From contig QPGO01000275.1 of the NCBI GenBank assembly GCA_008632985.1, positions 1-64,000 on the forward strand: 64,000 nt of DNA, read 5' to 3'. Within the stretch, counting starts at the first letter, position 1. Each line of letters begins with the position of its first letter. The stretch comes from Psammoneis japonica (lineage: Eukaryota). A program made the position numbers and the translations under genes. Below the pieces are notes generated by a model. That model searched no databases, had not been told where the DNA came from, and was given only the letters and a program-made list of their open reading frames with translations. Below are positions 12,575 through 27,024 of the stretch, piece after piece.

Positions 12575-13460
12575 CAGCAAAGGCACGAATGCCATTGTGG
12601 ACCAATGTGGCAGTGATGCAAATGATGTTTTTGTTGGATTTGTTGCTGACCCTTGCCTTTTGGGTGTTTGATGACTTTGACAGGTGGGAGGAAGCACAAA
12701 GCACCGCCGCGTTGGCAATGGGGCATTGATGTGTCCACCCGGCACTCGGGCAACAAATGTGAGAACTCCATTGTGGGCTGATGCAGCAGTGATGCAAATG
12801 ATGTTTTTGTTTCATTTGTTGCTTGACCTCATCTCTTGGGTGTTTGATGACTTTGACTGGGTGGAGGGAAGCACGAAGAGCCACCGCATTGGCAACAGTG
12901 GGGTTCACAAGTCCACCCAGTGCTTTGACAGCAAAGGTGAGAATGCCATTGTTGATGAATGGGAGTGTGACAACAATGATGCTTGTGTTGGAGCTTTTGA
13001 CAAACCGTTTTTCTTGGGTGTTTGATGACTTTGACCAGGTGGGGGGAAGCACAAAGTGCCACCACGTTGCCAATGGTGGGGTTGACAAGTCCACCCAGCA
13101 CTCAGACAGCAAAGGTGAGAACACCATCATGGACCAACAGGAATGTGACAACAATGATGCTTGTGTCAGATGTTTGCTGAGCCTTTTCTCTTGGCTGTTT
13201 GATGACTTTGACAAGGAGATGGGCAGCCACAGCACCACCGCATTGCCAACAGTGGTGTTGACAAGTCCACCCAGCACTCAGAGAGCAAAGGTGAGAATGC
13301 CATCAGGGGCCATTGGGAATGTGACAACAATGATGCTTGTGTCAGATTTTTGCTTGACCTTGTCTCTTGTGTGTTTGATGACTTTTGCCAGGAGATGGGA
13401 AGTGCGCAGCACCGCCGCATTGTCGACAACAGCATTGACAAGTCCACCCGGGTGGTGCCG
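12575..13460. repeat. Tandem array, ~175-180 bp unit, ~5 copies, downstream of the Crypton ORF
   Basis: Recurring gcaaaggtgagaatgcc...tgtttgatgactttgac...ttgacaagtccacccagcactc at ~12576, 12751, 12931, 13109, 13284; degenerate relatives at ~10995-11600. Confidence 0.85.
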
Positions 13461-13564
13461 CATTGGCACTCGGAGCATGGGTGCCAAGGCCACCACAGAC
13501 TGTGAAGTTGTAAAAAAAGGTGAGAACAAAATTTGCATTTTGCAATTTTTGTCACAATGGATTT

Positions 13565-15770
13565 GTTGAGTCCTCAACTCCAGGTGCCCACCTTGTTGCT
13601 TGTCCTTTTGCATTGCTCGCAGGATGTTGGTTGTGGATTCACCCTCACAATGCACAGAGCACACTTTGTCAATTGCAACCTCGGCAAGCATCCCTGATGC
13701 AACCACAGATTGAATCTGGTCCCAGAATGTTTTTCTCTTGGAGAATGTGTGCTTGACTTGACCTCGCTTGGCAGGAGCAAACAAATGCACAGCTTTCATT
13801 CCACCAACACCAGCCATCCACTCATCCCACAGAATGTGGAATGTCTTTGGGCCTCGTGTCAATTGGGCATTGTTGTCCCTCTGTCCTCTTTCCTCAGCAC
13901 CTTGACCGTCTTGAGCTTGCATCTGTTGTTGTCTTGGGCATGCGATGTGACCAGGCTGGCTGCTGACTCTGTTGAGGGACGAGTGCACTTTTGTTGGAAG
14001 CCCTGTTTTGTGTCCCTTTGCAGGGCAGTCAAGTCATTCTTCATGGTGCACTGAGTCTGTTGCACTTCATTCAGCCCTGCAAGAAGGCAGGCTGCCATTT
14101 GTCCATCTCAGGCTTGTCTGTCACTCGATGACTCAGTGCTGCAATTTGCCATGTTGTCACCATTGGTCTGTTTCAGCTTCATCAATGTGCAAGGTGTCTT
14201 CAACATTGCACAGAATGAGCTGCACCTTTGATGCTGGATTTTCATTGTTGCCAAGCAATCCTTGAACATCATCAGCATGGGCATCCTTGATTCTCTGCAT
14301 GACACCCACAGTGACACTGTCACACATTTCTTCATCACAGCTGTGCCAAGTGCTTCTGCCATGCTGGATGGAAAATGTGCAGATGTGTTTGGCACCACAT
14401 GCTGCAACATCCACTCCTTGGTCATGCAGCAGCCCCACTTCAACCAATTGATTGGACCACCAATGCAGAGCAGCCCAGCAACCTTGGCATCAGGCCAAGG
14501 CAGGTCCACATTTGTGCACTTGTCCTGCTGCTTCTTTGACTGTTTCCACCTTGCACAACTGTTCATTTCATCCTTGTTTGCCCCTTTTGATTGAGCCAAA
14601 GCAGTTGAAAGTTTCCTTGTAGAGTGAGTGCCAAGCAATTCCACAACCAACCATTCAAATTGATCTGAGTTCAGATTTTTCTTCAAAGCTGAGCAAGCTT
14701 TGCGGTTTGCTGCCTTGGGATTGTGGGTGCCAAAATTGAACATGAGCTCTCTGTTCCCACCATGCCTTGCCATTGATGTCTCAAGGTGAAGCCCCAATCC
14801 AAGCAACACACAATGCAGCAGATGGTCTGCACCAAAAAGAACTTGGAGTTGGCACTGTTGTTCCTCCTGAGCATTCTTTGACCAATTCAGGTGCATTCTA
14901 AGAGCAAAAGGGAATTGTTGGGTCACTGGTGGCCTTGCGCTCTGAGCTTTGCATGTGTCATCAAGTCATGCAATCAAGTTGTGAGTGACCTTCAAAAGAC
15001 CAGGAATGCCAAATTTGCATCAAGGTCAGAGGAGCCATCCAACAAATGCAAGATTTGTTCATGCTCTTCCTTCCCAAGCCTGCCACCTCCATTTTGGTTG
15101 TTGCATTTGTCAAGTCATTCACAACCACTGATTGTGTTGGGTTTCCCCATCCAACTTGATCATTCCATGCCATGTGCTTGTTTGGCATGAAGCATGACAT
15201 CGCCTTTTTGCAAAACATCAGTGAGTTTGCTTGTCCACTGAGCAGCTTGTCATTTGGCCCAGGATTGGGCTTTCCAACAGCCTTGACTCCAAACCACTCA
15301 CCAATCTCCTTTGGTGCAATTTTTGTCAACACATTGTTTGGAAACAGGTGCGGCAACTGGTGTGTGGTTTTGTCCTGATGTGACATGAATTCTGCAAGGA
15401 CATTGTGATGTTGCAGGATTGAGTCCGGGACGTTGATGCAATGAGCCAGGCTTGTCAAGGCAAACTCAGGCCTGTCTTCTGAAGCTCCTTTTTCTTTTTG
15501 CCTTCTTTTGTTTTGTGTTGGTGATGGAGGCAGTGGCATTGGAGGTGGTGTCGGAGGTGGCAGCGCTGGAGTGAGCAGCGCATTGCGTGCATCCTTGTTC
15601 ATTTTTAGTCTGGGCAAAGAACAAGGTGCAAGTCGGCCGTCTGCTTTCTACAAGGAGCACGGATGTTTTGGTTGCACTCAGGACACCTGTGGGCACTGCT
15701 TGCCACACCACCAAACATGCAGTTGGCATTGGCACATCTGCCGGGATTGTTTGTGTCATTGATGCTCATG
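13565..15770 (-). pseudogene. Crypton tyrosine recombinase with C-terminal GCR1_C-like domain
   Basis: 'KKAMSCFMPNKHMAWNDQVGWGNPTQS', 'LNWSKNAQEE', 'LGTHSTRK' (HxxR), 'ARWK...QDKCTNVDLPWPDAKVA', C-terminal 'PKTFHILWDEWMAGVGGMKA...FSKRKTFWD...AIDKV'; Cys-rich N-terminus. Confidence 0.82.
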
Positions 15771-16229
15771 GTTGAGACCGCATTGGCAGAACTTTGAGAG
15801 CTCTTTATGTTGACATGAGACATGAGACATGAACGGAAGAGCAAGATCATGCAAAAACAAGCACGCAGGGTAGAAGTTTTGCTTCCAAGAATTCTGCCCT
15901 CCCTTCCACCTCAGCAGAAAAAACAGAGAATGTGTGGTGGAATTTTTGCAAAGAACGGTGACTGCAGTGACAGTTTTGCATGTGTCAACTCCACTTTCCA
16001 GTTGAAAAATGCTGCTTGGGTGGAATTTCAGAGGTGATGGCAGAGTGTTGCAGTGTCATTGGTCAGCAGTTGCCAGGTTGAAGCTTCGCGCAAATTTGTG
16101 CATGATTCAGGTGCATGTGCTCCACACCTTGATGTGGGCATCACGCCATTTAGTTTGTTCATTCATTTGCATTCATTTGATGCAATTTGCACTTTTTGGT
16201 TTTGCCAAGTTGGGCACTCTCTCTAGCCA

Positions 16230-17320
16230 GATTTAGTTCTCATAGACAGGAATCTTGTCCACAACATCTGCAATGCCTGCAACATTGACTCATGTGTTCG
16301 ACAGGCCAATGTTCTTGCACAATGCCATGTGCAGTTTGCAAACAGACTTGGGGAAAGTGGCTGAGTTCTGCTCTCTGCATCAGAGACATTGCTCATCAGC
16401 ATCTTTTGACAGATCAGTTTCTGCATCTGCTCATGTGGCTGTGCATGTGGTTGCTGTCTTCAATTGCAGAGGTGTGTTGGGATTGACAATGCAAGGTGCA
16501 GTGGGATGTCAAGAAACCATTCATTGTCATTCCCTTTCTTTTGCACCTGAGCTGTCAGAATGGGATGATCTTGCCAGCCTGGCACCACAAGTTTTGGAGC
16601 CTGTTGTGGTGCAAATGGTTGGATCCGATCTCATGTGCTCCTTTTGCACCTGGCAGTTGCCTTCACTTGGTGGAGATGCCCGGCTTTGTGAGTGTCATGG
16701 AGCACGTTCAAGCATTTCTTAGACACTGGCAGACACTTCTGAGCCATCAAACGCTTGAGACAAGTGGCAACCGAAGGTTGAACACCCATTGTTGCAAATG
16801 TTGATCTCTTCAAATCTTCTTCCAACTGCAACCCTTTTCCTTCATGGACAGGACATTTGTGCTCATCATCAGCAAGAGCCACTTGAAACCCAAAGAATGC
16901 AAGGAGCTGTTCGTGCACAATGTTGTTGGTTTCAGGATTTGGCACCCATGGCATGGAGTCCAAGTGCTTGTTGCCTGTTGGGCAATTCACTCCTTGATCC
17001 AGTGTGAACCTGATGTGAGCCTTTTCTTCTTTTTTGGCTGAAGCTCCAGCTTGAGGATTTGTGTGAGTGGCATCTTCTGTTGCTGCGCTTTCCCACAGCA
17101 GCAAACAACTTGAAGCAAACAAGAGCTGTGCCTTCATCTCCTCCTCACTCAAGGGCACTGTGGCTGGCAAAGTGATCACATGTTGTGATGCAAGTTCAGC
17201 TGATCCCTTTTGTGTTGTGTCAACAATTGCTCCATTTGCTGTTGCCACATCTCCTTCAGTCGTGGGTGTCAACGACAATGAAATTTTGAATTTTCTGTGC
17301 CAAAACAGGAATTTTGACAA
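16230..17320 (-). pseudogene. Unknown protein (paralog at ~37500-38550)
   Basis: 229-aa Tyr-free ORF 16631-17320 with a recognisable paralogous translation in copy B; no family recognised. Confidence 0.4.
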
Positions 17321-17611
17321 ATTTTGATGTTTTTGAGATCTTTTTGAAAGATCGTTTCTTTGTCACAGACAGTCGGGGGGATTGAGTCATGCCTTGAGTC
17401 CCACCACTTCTTTTCACTTCATTGTCACAATGCAATGACCCTCAAAAGGCAACTTCACCTTTCATTCCTGCTGAGCAGGTTCCTTCTGTTCAATGGAATT
17501 CCCAGCCATCACAAAGTGCAGTGGTCACTTGGAGAGAAACAGCCATCAGATCTTTTCAGGGCATCTCACTGCCTGGCTGTCATGAAGAACATCTTAGCTG
17601 ACCCCAACACC

Positions 17612-18530
17612 ATGAAGAAAGTTGGAGCCTTTGTTGTTGCTGCTGCTCTGGCAGTCTTTTACACTGCCACCATGTGGAACAATCCTCAGGGTGGTGTTGA
17701 CAAAGCATCCTTGTGCAGTTTCTACTCCAGTCAACAATGCCAAAACCTGCAGCAGGACACTGATCATGAGGATGAGTGGGGGCCTCTTGTTGGACACTGG
17801 AAAGGCACTCTAGGTCATGTGCCACCCAGTTTAGAGTTGTGCCTCATCATTCATGTCTTGCCCGTTTTTGGACAAGTCTTTTGAGTGCAGCCTTGATCAG
17901 GGAGGTCAGTTCATCCCCACCATGGCAATGTGGTTCAATCCAAACACCAATGAGACTCATTTCTTTGTTGACACCATCAATGGTGTGTGCACTGGAAAGC
18001 TTGATGATGTGACTGGAACATGATGTGGGAACATGGAAGAGACATGGCAGAAGCATGTTGCCAGATTGTGATTGTTGCAATTTGCCTGACAAGGAGATGA
18101 GCATTCCTCATGAGATTCAGTTTGTAGCAGAAAAAGCAGTGACAGGAGATCCAGACACAGTTGTTGGAATGGAAGTTTGTTCTACCTGGATGATGATGAC
18201 TGCAACCAAGATGCACCATGTCCTCAACTGTTGGTTGTTGTTCAAATGGAAAAGTCAGATGACAATGTTGTGGAACCAAAGCTGTTTCTTCCTGATTAGA
18301 GTTGCCTGCCTGTGCTAATTCAGTCCTTTTTGATTGATGTTGATGACAAGGTCAAAATCATGCATGATGGCAGTGACTCAATTTTTCAAAGCACACTGGA
18401 TGAAAAGTCAATGACTGGCACTGTCAACTGTGACAGCGCAGATGCAGCATTGGCCTTGACCTTGTTGTGGAGCAATGATCATCCTGAGCATGTGTTGGTG
18501 GAACAGTTTCCAAAGGAAATTGTCAACTGA
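17612..18530 (+). pseudogene. Unknown secreted/membrane-anchored protein (paralogs at ~38833-39760 and ~45434-46320)
   Basis: 'MKKVGAFVVAAALAVFY' signal/TM-like start in all three copies; conserved acidic segments 'DDKVKIMHDGSDSIFQxTLDEK'. Confidence 0.5.
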
Positions 18531-19369
18531 GCAACGACAATCTCGTCACACTGTGCTGTGAACGGAGGTCAATCTTGCCACTGCATGGAATCACACTGCA
18601 AGTGGAGCTCACAACCTTGACTGGCGGATGTGTTTAGACCAGCGGGCTTGACAAACTAAGAACAAAGTCGAGAAATGCTCAAAGGACTGTTGCTGATTGG
18701 CTGATGAAGAAGCCAACATGCTGGATGCCATGCACAACCCTCACATCATTTTCTCATCTGAAAACCCATGTGCACAAAGCCTCTTGTGCCAGCAAAGAAA
18801 CACATGAGGATGCCCTTGCGGCTTGTGCACAACTTGAAGACACCTGGGAATGGAGACAAAAGGATTTTCTTGTGGTGGATGGATGCAGTTGAGCAAAAAC
18901 AATTGGGGCCCTGGCAAGTGCAAAGATGACTCAAACAGAAGGTTTTCATGTGTGCTGGCAAGATGTGGTGGGATGACAAACAAAACAGCACCAATTGGTG
19001 AGAGCAACAATGTCTGGCATGCATGTGAAGGCAGACAACTCAAAGTTTGCTGTTTGTTTGAAACAAAGCCAAAGCAATGGTTTCACCCTCCTGGAACAAA
19101 CCAATCATGTTGCTTTCTTTCTCTTCCGGCCAAAAAAAATCCTGCAAAACCTGCAAACTTCAGGACAGGACATTTTGACAAAAAAATGTCAAGGGACACT
19201 CAGTGACTTTTCTTGCATTTTTGATTCAAATTGACTGGCAAGTTTGGAATCATGCAGAACCCACACATGAATTTGTGGTGTGTTCAACCCAACTGTGTGC
19301 CTCCTGAGCTGAAACCGACCACGTCACAAGATGCGCTAAAAACAACAAACACAAAAAATTAATTGCGCC

Positions 19370-20690
19370 ATGTCGTCTTCAAGTGACGGCAATGCCAATG
19401 GCACCAACCATGTGCCACCAACACAAGACAGTCATGCTCATGGCATGCCTTGTGATGAGGACATGGGGCTTGTGCCAACCGCTCACCTCTTTGATCAAAG
19501 GCTGTTCTTGTCCCTCCATGTTTGTGTTTGCAAAGAACTGTTGACAGAAGAAAAGCTGCTTGTGGGTGCAAGCATCATGTCAACGAAGGTGTCCAGCCTC
19601 AGAGCTCTTTTCCACAAGTGCAAGCATGTTTGCAATGACAACCCCACACCCAAAAACCTTTCCACCTCAGGCAATTCTGGTGACTTAAAGAAACATCTGA
19701 TGACGTGGTTCTGCATCTTCTGGCAGGAAGGAGCATGCATTGAAAAGCGCCCCTTCAGCACTTCCAAGAACTGGAGCCAGGCAGAAGATTCACATGTTGT
19801 TGAGACACTTGGCAACCCTTCCTTCCAGAAACCCCTCCAGCACCTTCACCAAAAGGCTCCACATGTTGCACTGGACAAGGGCAACCCACCCCTTGTGGCT
19901 GTGTGCCAACAGTTCACAGTGGTTCTGTGCAACAATTTTGACAAGTGCAAACCAACATGCAGGTTTCAAGATGACCCACTGCTGAAGGTGTTTGATCCCA
20001 ATGACAAGACAATTGCTTCCCATGCTCCAGATGTCATCAAATTGAGGGTTGGCCAGCTTGGAAGCAGACCAACAGTGGTGCACAAGCTTGGCATGAAAAG
20101 TGGCTCGGACCCAGAAGGTTTTGAAAATGCACTTGATCTGACAGATCCACTGGACCAATCAACTCTCTGTCGGTGGAAGGCAATTGACTGCCATGGTGAT
20201 TCATCTGTTCTCAAGAAGTTTGTGCACCTTCTTCCAGCTGGATCAGGTGTGGATGCCTTGGATCCCAGCGCCGTCAAACACAGCCTGAAAGCTGCCAACT
20301 CCATCTTGCGCAGCATGTGCAAGGGTGACAGCTCCTCCAGCAAGCCCAAAGTGTGTCTGAAAAAATCCTCAAGGTGGTCAATGAGTTGAAAAGTGACATG
20401 ATGGACGAGGTCAACAAAGAGAACATGTTTTTCTTGCAGCAGAATCAAGACCGTGCCCAGGACAAGGTGGAGTGACTGGGCAACAAGATTCCGGCCATGA
20501 TGCATGAAAAGGTTGGCAACTTCAAAAAGCACAAGAGAAAGATCAAGCAGTGCAAAAAAGACTGCAGTGAGCACAAGGAGCTCAAGAAAGGGGTGGCAAA
20601 AGCATGAAAAGTTGAGTTGGACAGCAACATTGACCATGACAACACTTCTTTTCTTCTGTCTGAGTCATCCAGCAGCAGCAACAATGAGGT
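19370..20690 (+). pseudogene. Unknown protein relic (339-aa ORF plus frameshifted charged tail)
   Basis: Protein-like composition with zero Tyr and His/Cys excess; no family recognised. Confidence 0.4.
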
Positions 20691-20879
20691 GAGTGCCTTG
20701 TGCATTGTCCATTTTTGCAATGCCAATGATTTGTGCCAACTCAGTGTTTGTTGTCAACACAAGCGCCATCAACACCATGGAAGGAACAAGTCTGAGAAAG
20801 CATCTGCTGGGAATGAAACAAAACCAAAATTCTGTCTTTAAAGTGCTGCTGCACTTCCACCCCGCAACTCCGGCAACAA

Positions 20880-23800
20880 GCTGACCCACACCCCCAGCAC
20901 ACTAACAGTGCGGCTGGAGCACATGGCAATTGGCCAAGATTGGCATTGTCCGCAGACAATGCCGCGCCAAAGCAACTGGCGATCATTCGAGTTCCACATG
21001 CAGCAAGGCGCTTGGCCTCTTTCACACTCAACTTGAACATTGGTTTTACCACAGCCAGCCAGTTCCAAATGCAATGGGTTGAATGTGTGAGGTGTTCATC
21101 GACTGAGTCGAGCAGTTGTGCTCTGTCCTTTGCAAGACATTCATTTGATTTCAAACAAACAGCCCGAACTTCTGCTTTGGCGTCTCTTTGCTGGGATGAC
21201 TTCCTGGTGTCCGAATCATGGCCGTGCATGTCATCATTGTGAGAATCCCACAGCTCCCACCACTGTTCCCAAATGTGATTGCCGATTGTTGCTGCCCAAT
21301 CCAAACATTGTTCTTTTTCAGAGAGACCCTGGTACAAACTGCCAGATGACAGGTGAGCTTGCTGGGTTGCATTCCACTCACGGGAAAAGCATCCACTGAA
21401 GAGATGTCTCCAACCAATGGCATCCTGGGAGCGGAGTGCTGCCGCTGCACTCCGATGAAGACCATCGGAACACATGATTTCCTCTTTGGAACCATGACTC
21501 AATGGATGAAACAATCAAATCATGGATGGATGGAGATGTGTGAATGTCATCACACTTTTTCCGCAGGCCTTGTAAGAACTTTCTATGCCATTCGTTGTCA
21601 TGGGGACACCGCAGAATGTGGTCTCGGTCCTCCATTGGATGCTGGCAGTGTGTGCAACAATCAGGCCGGACCAGATTGTGCCGGTGGACGATTTTGTCAG
21701 TTGGAAGTAAATCTTGGACCAGCTTGACTGTGCTCACCTTTCGTCTGATGTTTCTTGACATCAATTTGGAATGTGCTGTCCAATCGATGGACTCGTAAAC
21801 CATGTCAGACCATCCATGCTTGTCTTTCATGTAACTAATGAGCACGGGACTAGATGCCTCGTAGTGAAGAGTGGGCTTGAAATTTGAATTAACAGTCGCA
21901 TCTTGAACAACCAAATTTGCCATGCAATGGGGAGTTCTGGGAGCTGCCAACACGTTTGCTGAGCAATGTCCGTGACATCGACCGGCTAGCACATCTGCGC
22001 GTACGTTCAATTTGGCAGGCAATGGCAGCAATTCGAAAGGGATGTCTTTGTCTTGATGACCTTTCACCCAATGGACATCAACAAAAGTTCCGGAAGACCC
22101 TCCAACAGAGAAACTCGAAATGGCGTGAGTAGACTGGTGCATTTTGTTCAACAAATCCCGTTCTGCTGACAAGGCATTCGCCACGTGATGTCGTTGGTGG
22201 CAGTCATGGACTCGGTTGGATTCATCTAGATTGTCCGGCAAGGGAGGTGCTGCTGCAAAATTCATGATGTTTCAAATCAATGAAGAGTTGTCGCAATGAA
22301 GATCGAATCCAAGAAGAAAGATCGATTGACAACATTCCATCATTCGAAGGATAAATCGCAGTGCGGATGAGATGCCGCACGCCTCTGCCCCACATGAAGA
22401 CGGATGAAAGCCGAACACGGGGCCAGCACAATCCACCAAAGGTGCGCCTGAAATTGAGAGAGTACATCCAAAAGTACCTTGAAATTCTTTAACCGATCCA
22501 TCACTGCCGACAGAGGCACGCGACAACCGGAGACACTCAACGATCTTGAACATTGACTTGTGTAAAGCAACGTCGGCAAACAAGGGAGCCTCCCATTGAG
22601 GGGTCGACCGGAGCATTTCCAAGAAGTCATTTGGAATGGGCAACTGCACGGGAGCTGCAACGGGAGAAGCCACCGAGGCCAGTCTCCAACGACCATCACT
22701 CACAGCAGAGACAACAACTGGAGCAGCGGAAGGTGACAGGTCATCTAATGTCTCCAACTCAGATGTGGATTCCGCGCAATTGTCACGCATTGGGAAAACC
22801 TGAAAACCAGATTCAATCCAAACAAACAAGCACTCTTCATCCGGTTCATGGCATGCCGGGCAAGCCATTCGCATGTCCGAGGAGGAAACAACCCACTGTC
22901 CCAAAGGACTCTTGAGATTCATCGTATTCTCTGTACATGAAATTGAACAAAACTGCTTCCATTGTTTCCAAGCACGCGTAGACGGGCGTTGTTGTTCCAC
23001 TGGGTTCAACCCAGACACTCCACTGACAAGAGACCGTTTGCCTTCCAATGTGTGTTGATCGATGGACCGGCCATTTGGGAGAGTGACATTCAAAACGGTT
23101 GGACATTGAGGCACAATCTGCAACAGTTTGCCCACCTGATCTCGAGATCTGTAAAAAAGAAATTCCGGAGTCCAAAACAACATCCACAATGCATTGATCG
23201 TCATCTCTCTGCAGCGGGAGGACGCCAGTGTTGTCAAAGTCGATGCAGGCGTTCACTCTTGCGAGAAATGATCGCATTGACATGAACCATTTGGACTCGG
23301 CGTGAGGCAGTTTTGAAGTCACGTCGTAGAGGAAACTTGCGCCCGTGCCCAAATGAAATTGAACCCAAGAGACGGCGACTTGAGACATGGCCTGTGGTTG
23401 TCCCGATCTGCGCAAATGTCATAAAAACTGTGACACTTGGGCTGCACCTTGCTCCACGTCTAGAGAACGAAATCCTCCTCCACCAAGGGAGCATGGCCCG
23501 AACAAAACATCGCGCTTTGTGTTCCGATTGTATCGCATTTTGCAACGATGACACACACTGCCTTTCGTTGAATTTCCAGAAGTTCCTTTGGAAGAAAGTG
23601 TGCATTTGGAAGAACGCAGGTCATGGAGGTGAGCAGCATGTGAAGCAATGGGTCCAAGCTTGTGTCGGTCTAGTGGGCAAGATCGGAGAAACATGGCAAT
23701 GTCATCGCTTTTCTTCTAAGCGCCAAACATTGCATCTTCTGGCTGCCAACGGGAGCTTTGCAAGCACCAAAGTCTTGTGGGAGGAACATGCAGATGGCTG

Positions 23801-26800
23801 TTTGCTCCTTTGACTCGTGGTCCTGTCAGCAGATGAAATCTCGATCATGAGTTTGTCATTGCAAGGCCGGAGGTGGGGCTCACCGTTGTCCGCAAACATC
23901 CATTCGATGGCGTGAAATGAGCATTTGGGCAATTCCATTTCGTGGCCCGCGGCGTTCAAGAGGTCACACCACAATTGATTGTCCTCTTGCATTTTGAAAG
24001 CAAGTTCAAGCATGCAAGGCTGAGGAGATGCGTGAAAATCGTTGACTTGTTTGGACGTGTCATCCACGCAGCCTTGGCTGAACATTCGAATGGACGTTGT
24101 TCTGTCAGGGGTTTCAAAGAACGCGCCATGAGCATGACGATCAAAGACATCAAAGAGACTGTTGCAGATTTGGCTCCAATGAAGGACGATCTGCCGCTGC
24201 CTTGCCCCGTCCCGAGAATGGGCAACTCTTCAGAGTGGGAGCAGGATGTTGGAGACAATCCGAGAACCGTTTTCAACCAGCAGCGAGCTTCATGAAGTGC
24301 AGTGTTGGCGACTTGGGTGACTTTCTTAGGCATGCCATTGCTGCGGTTCTGGACAGCGATCAAAGCGGGAATGTTCCTGTCAAAACAAGACGCACAATCA
24401 TGTCGCTGTCAATGGCCGACTTGCGAGACACTCGACTGGTCTCAAGCATGAGTTCCTTGAGATGAACTGGAGCATGGGCATTGAGAAAGGGACGAGTGCC
24501 ACAAATGCCGGGATTGTGTGACCTTCGATGTTCCATGTTTTGAGCTAGAGCTCTCCACTTTACGCCGGCAATGAGTTGAAAGTCAGCTTTGTAGATGTGA
24601 ATCACGCACAGGCGGTGAATCTTGTTGTTGCCGGGTTCTTTGAAAATCATCACGTTGACCATGTCCTTCCAGCGGTCGAAAGAGTGACCCCATTGTAATG
24701 CATGATTGAGAAGGTTGAGGCAGATTTGGATGAGAGTTTGTTGGATGTCATCCAAAGCAGTGCGGTCTGAGTCTTCTTCATGGTCCAAGATGGGGCATCC
24801 GAAAATTGATGAGGCGCATGCATGGCCTTCCAATGTCCCAAATGCAAGCCAGAACACAGGGACGTGGAGGTAGACTCCTTCCAACTTTTGATTTTGCCCT
24901 CTAACTCTGCCTCGGTTAACTGATCTGACATCGAAACAGGAGATCGACATTTTAAATGTGCGATCAATTGAGCTGTAGCCTCGTTGAGAGACGAAGTGTC
25001 GCAATCACCGTCTGACATGAGTTCTGCCATGATGGCATCACCGGTGAATCCAAGGTCCATGGATGAAGGGGGTGCGGTCGGAGGAGTGCCTTGAGCTTGT
25101 CCAAAATGTTTCTGATTCCTCACCCGAAGAGTGGTGGCAACGTCTTCTGGTGCATCAAGAGTCATCCAGTCATCGCATTCTTTTGGATGTGCATTTGGGT
25201 TTCTAGGAACTTGAACGCTGTTGATGCCGGTGTCGCGTTCCGCCTTACACGATTTTATCTTCTTGAACAGACGCACCATTTCTTCTGCTTTTCGAACATT
25301 GCGAAGAATTGCAGCTTGCTTTTGGGATTGTGTGGTGCCTTCCAAAATTGAGTGCGGCAATTTTTGTTGACATTTCTCTCTCCTGATGCACAACACTGTC
25401 CGCTGCTGGCCTTTTACAATCTGATTGAGCTTCCCGCAGGGCTGCCAAACATTCTTGGAAGGTCTCGGGAATGACAAATGAACCTTTGAGTTCATCCCGA
25501 ATCCATTGAATCTGAGACACACAATCGATTTTGGTGTGCATCATTGAAACAACTCTGGAGAAAATGTAAACTCGATGGCGAAGGTCCAACAGCTCTACCG
25601 ACCAGTCAGGTTCCCAATGTCATCTGCAATGTTTGGCCGCGGATAAGGAGAGCTGTAAAATGTCACGATCTAGTTGCTCTGCCAGTTCATGGTTGGGTTT
25701 GTTAAGCGCTGAAAGCCATGCAGACCTTTCCAACACCGAACGGCTTTCCAACACAGGACCAAAAGATTTCAAATGAGCCGCAACTTGGGGTTTCGATGAC
25801 GCTTGAACATCTCGGAAGCATGCTTTAGGTGGATCAACTGTGGGGTTCCCAAACAATGCGATTGCATCAAAATCCACACAATGTGCTCTGTGGTCAGAAG
25901 CAACTCGACACCTGAATGCTTTGCACCCTCCCAATCTAACGGCTGACAATGCTCCTGGTGAAGCAAGGACAAAATCGAGGCGTTTAGATCCACGGGTGTA
26001 AGTGGAAAAATTGGCATTGCCAATGAGATTGAAGAACACGTTGGACAAATTGAATCATTGTGCTGGGCTTGCCAAAGAATCAGTGTCAAATTCGAAATCC
26101 GCATTGAAATCACCGAACAAAATAACTTCTCTGTTGGAGTCAGTCATGAAGTCTTGAAGAATGCAGGACAAATCCATGCAAAAGGCTTTCCGAGGGTCTG
26201 CAACTGTGTTTCCGTTCTGTCAGAGGAGACATTGTTGTTGAGCAAACGCGGTGGTTTTTCCTGGTTGTCATTGGTTCTTGGCACACACTCTGTGGCATGA
26301 AACAAACACAACTTGTCTTCCGTTGCGGCCGTTGAATGCTTGAACAGACCATCACCCAAGAGGATCAGAATGTTGGGATCGGCACCTCGCCGATGCGGAA
26401 TTGCAAGAAAACAGAGCGGTTCCGCCTGGCTTGCACTGTGCAGAGAAGGGTGTGGAACTGGTGGAGAACGTTCCTCTGCCATGCAACAGAGAATTGGAGA
26501 CCGTCGACCTGCGTGCTGACAGAATGTCGAATTGAGTCGTGTCCAAACATGCTTCAGATGCACCAACAATGTTGGCTTGGATTTCGTTGGCCACTTGGCA
26601 GCATTCGTTTGTGTCGCCACCTCGCTTGTCGAACTTACATCCATTGGCAGTGAAGGCGCATGATCTTGTGTGGTGTGGTGGCTTGGGATGGAGGCTGTCA
26701 CCAATGGGTTCGTTGGTGTTCAAGCATGAGAAGTCGATGCGTCGATCAGCCGGCGGATGGCAACATCGTCTGTCTAAAAGAGATTGCCATGCGGAAACGG

Positions 26801-26860
26801 TCAAGGTGGAAGGGTTTCTACTCATGATTGGGCCATGCTCCTCCAAAGAGAAGACTGGGG
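20880..26860 (-). pseudogene. LINE ORF2 (endonuclease, reverse transcriptase, RNase H)
   Basis: Motifs above spread over frameshifted ORFs 26352-26846, 25620-26048, 24650-25522, 24360-25004, 23702-24085, 22272-23237, 21378-22265, 20741-21514. Confidence 0.85.
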
Positions 26861-27024
26861 CTTAAAGCAAGGAAGTGGAGCAAAGCCATGTTGAAAGGAG
26901 AAAGGCTGATGCTTGCCAGCACGTCGGAATGCTCGAGCAAGGGACAGAGGAGATGTGTGCTGATGAATGTCAGGAGGGCGCCCAATGGTTTGTGGAGATG
27001 GAGGCGGCGAGATCCATCTCTGCG

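Larger units (their letters stand above)
12375..16045 (-). mobile_element. Crypton (CryptonS-like) tyrosine-recombinase DNA transposon, degenerate
   Basis: Contains the YR pseudogene; ends defined by homology with the adjacent deleted unit. Confidence 0.75.
16165..19130. repeat. Segmental repeat copy A (divergent pair of unknown genes)
   Basis: Colinear with 37070-40365 (A lacks ~365 bp near 16226); its right half also matches 45270-46860. Confidence 0.88.

Noticed and set aside
12465..13569. 270-aa and 248-aa repeat-protein ORFs
   Set aside because: They are translations of the ~178-bp tandem array, open on both strands, with frame not conserved between units.
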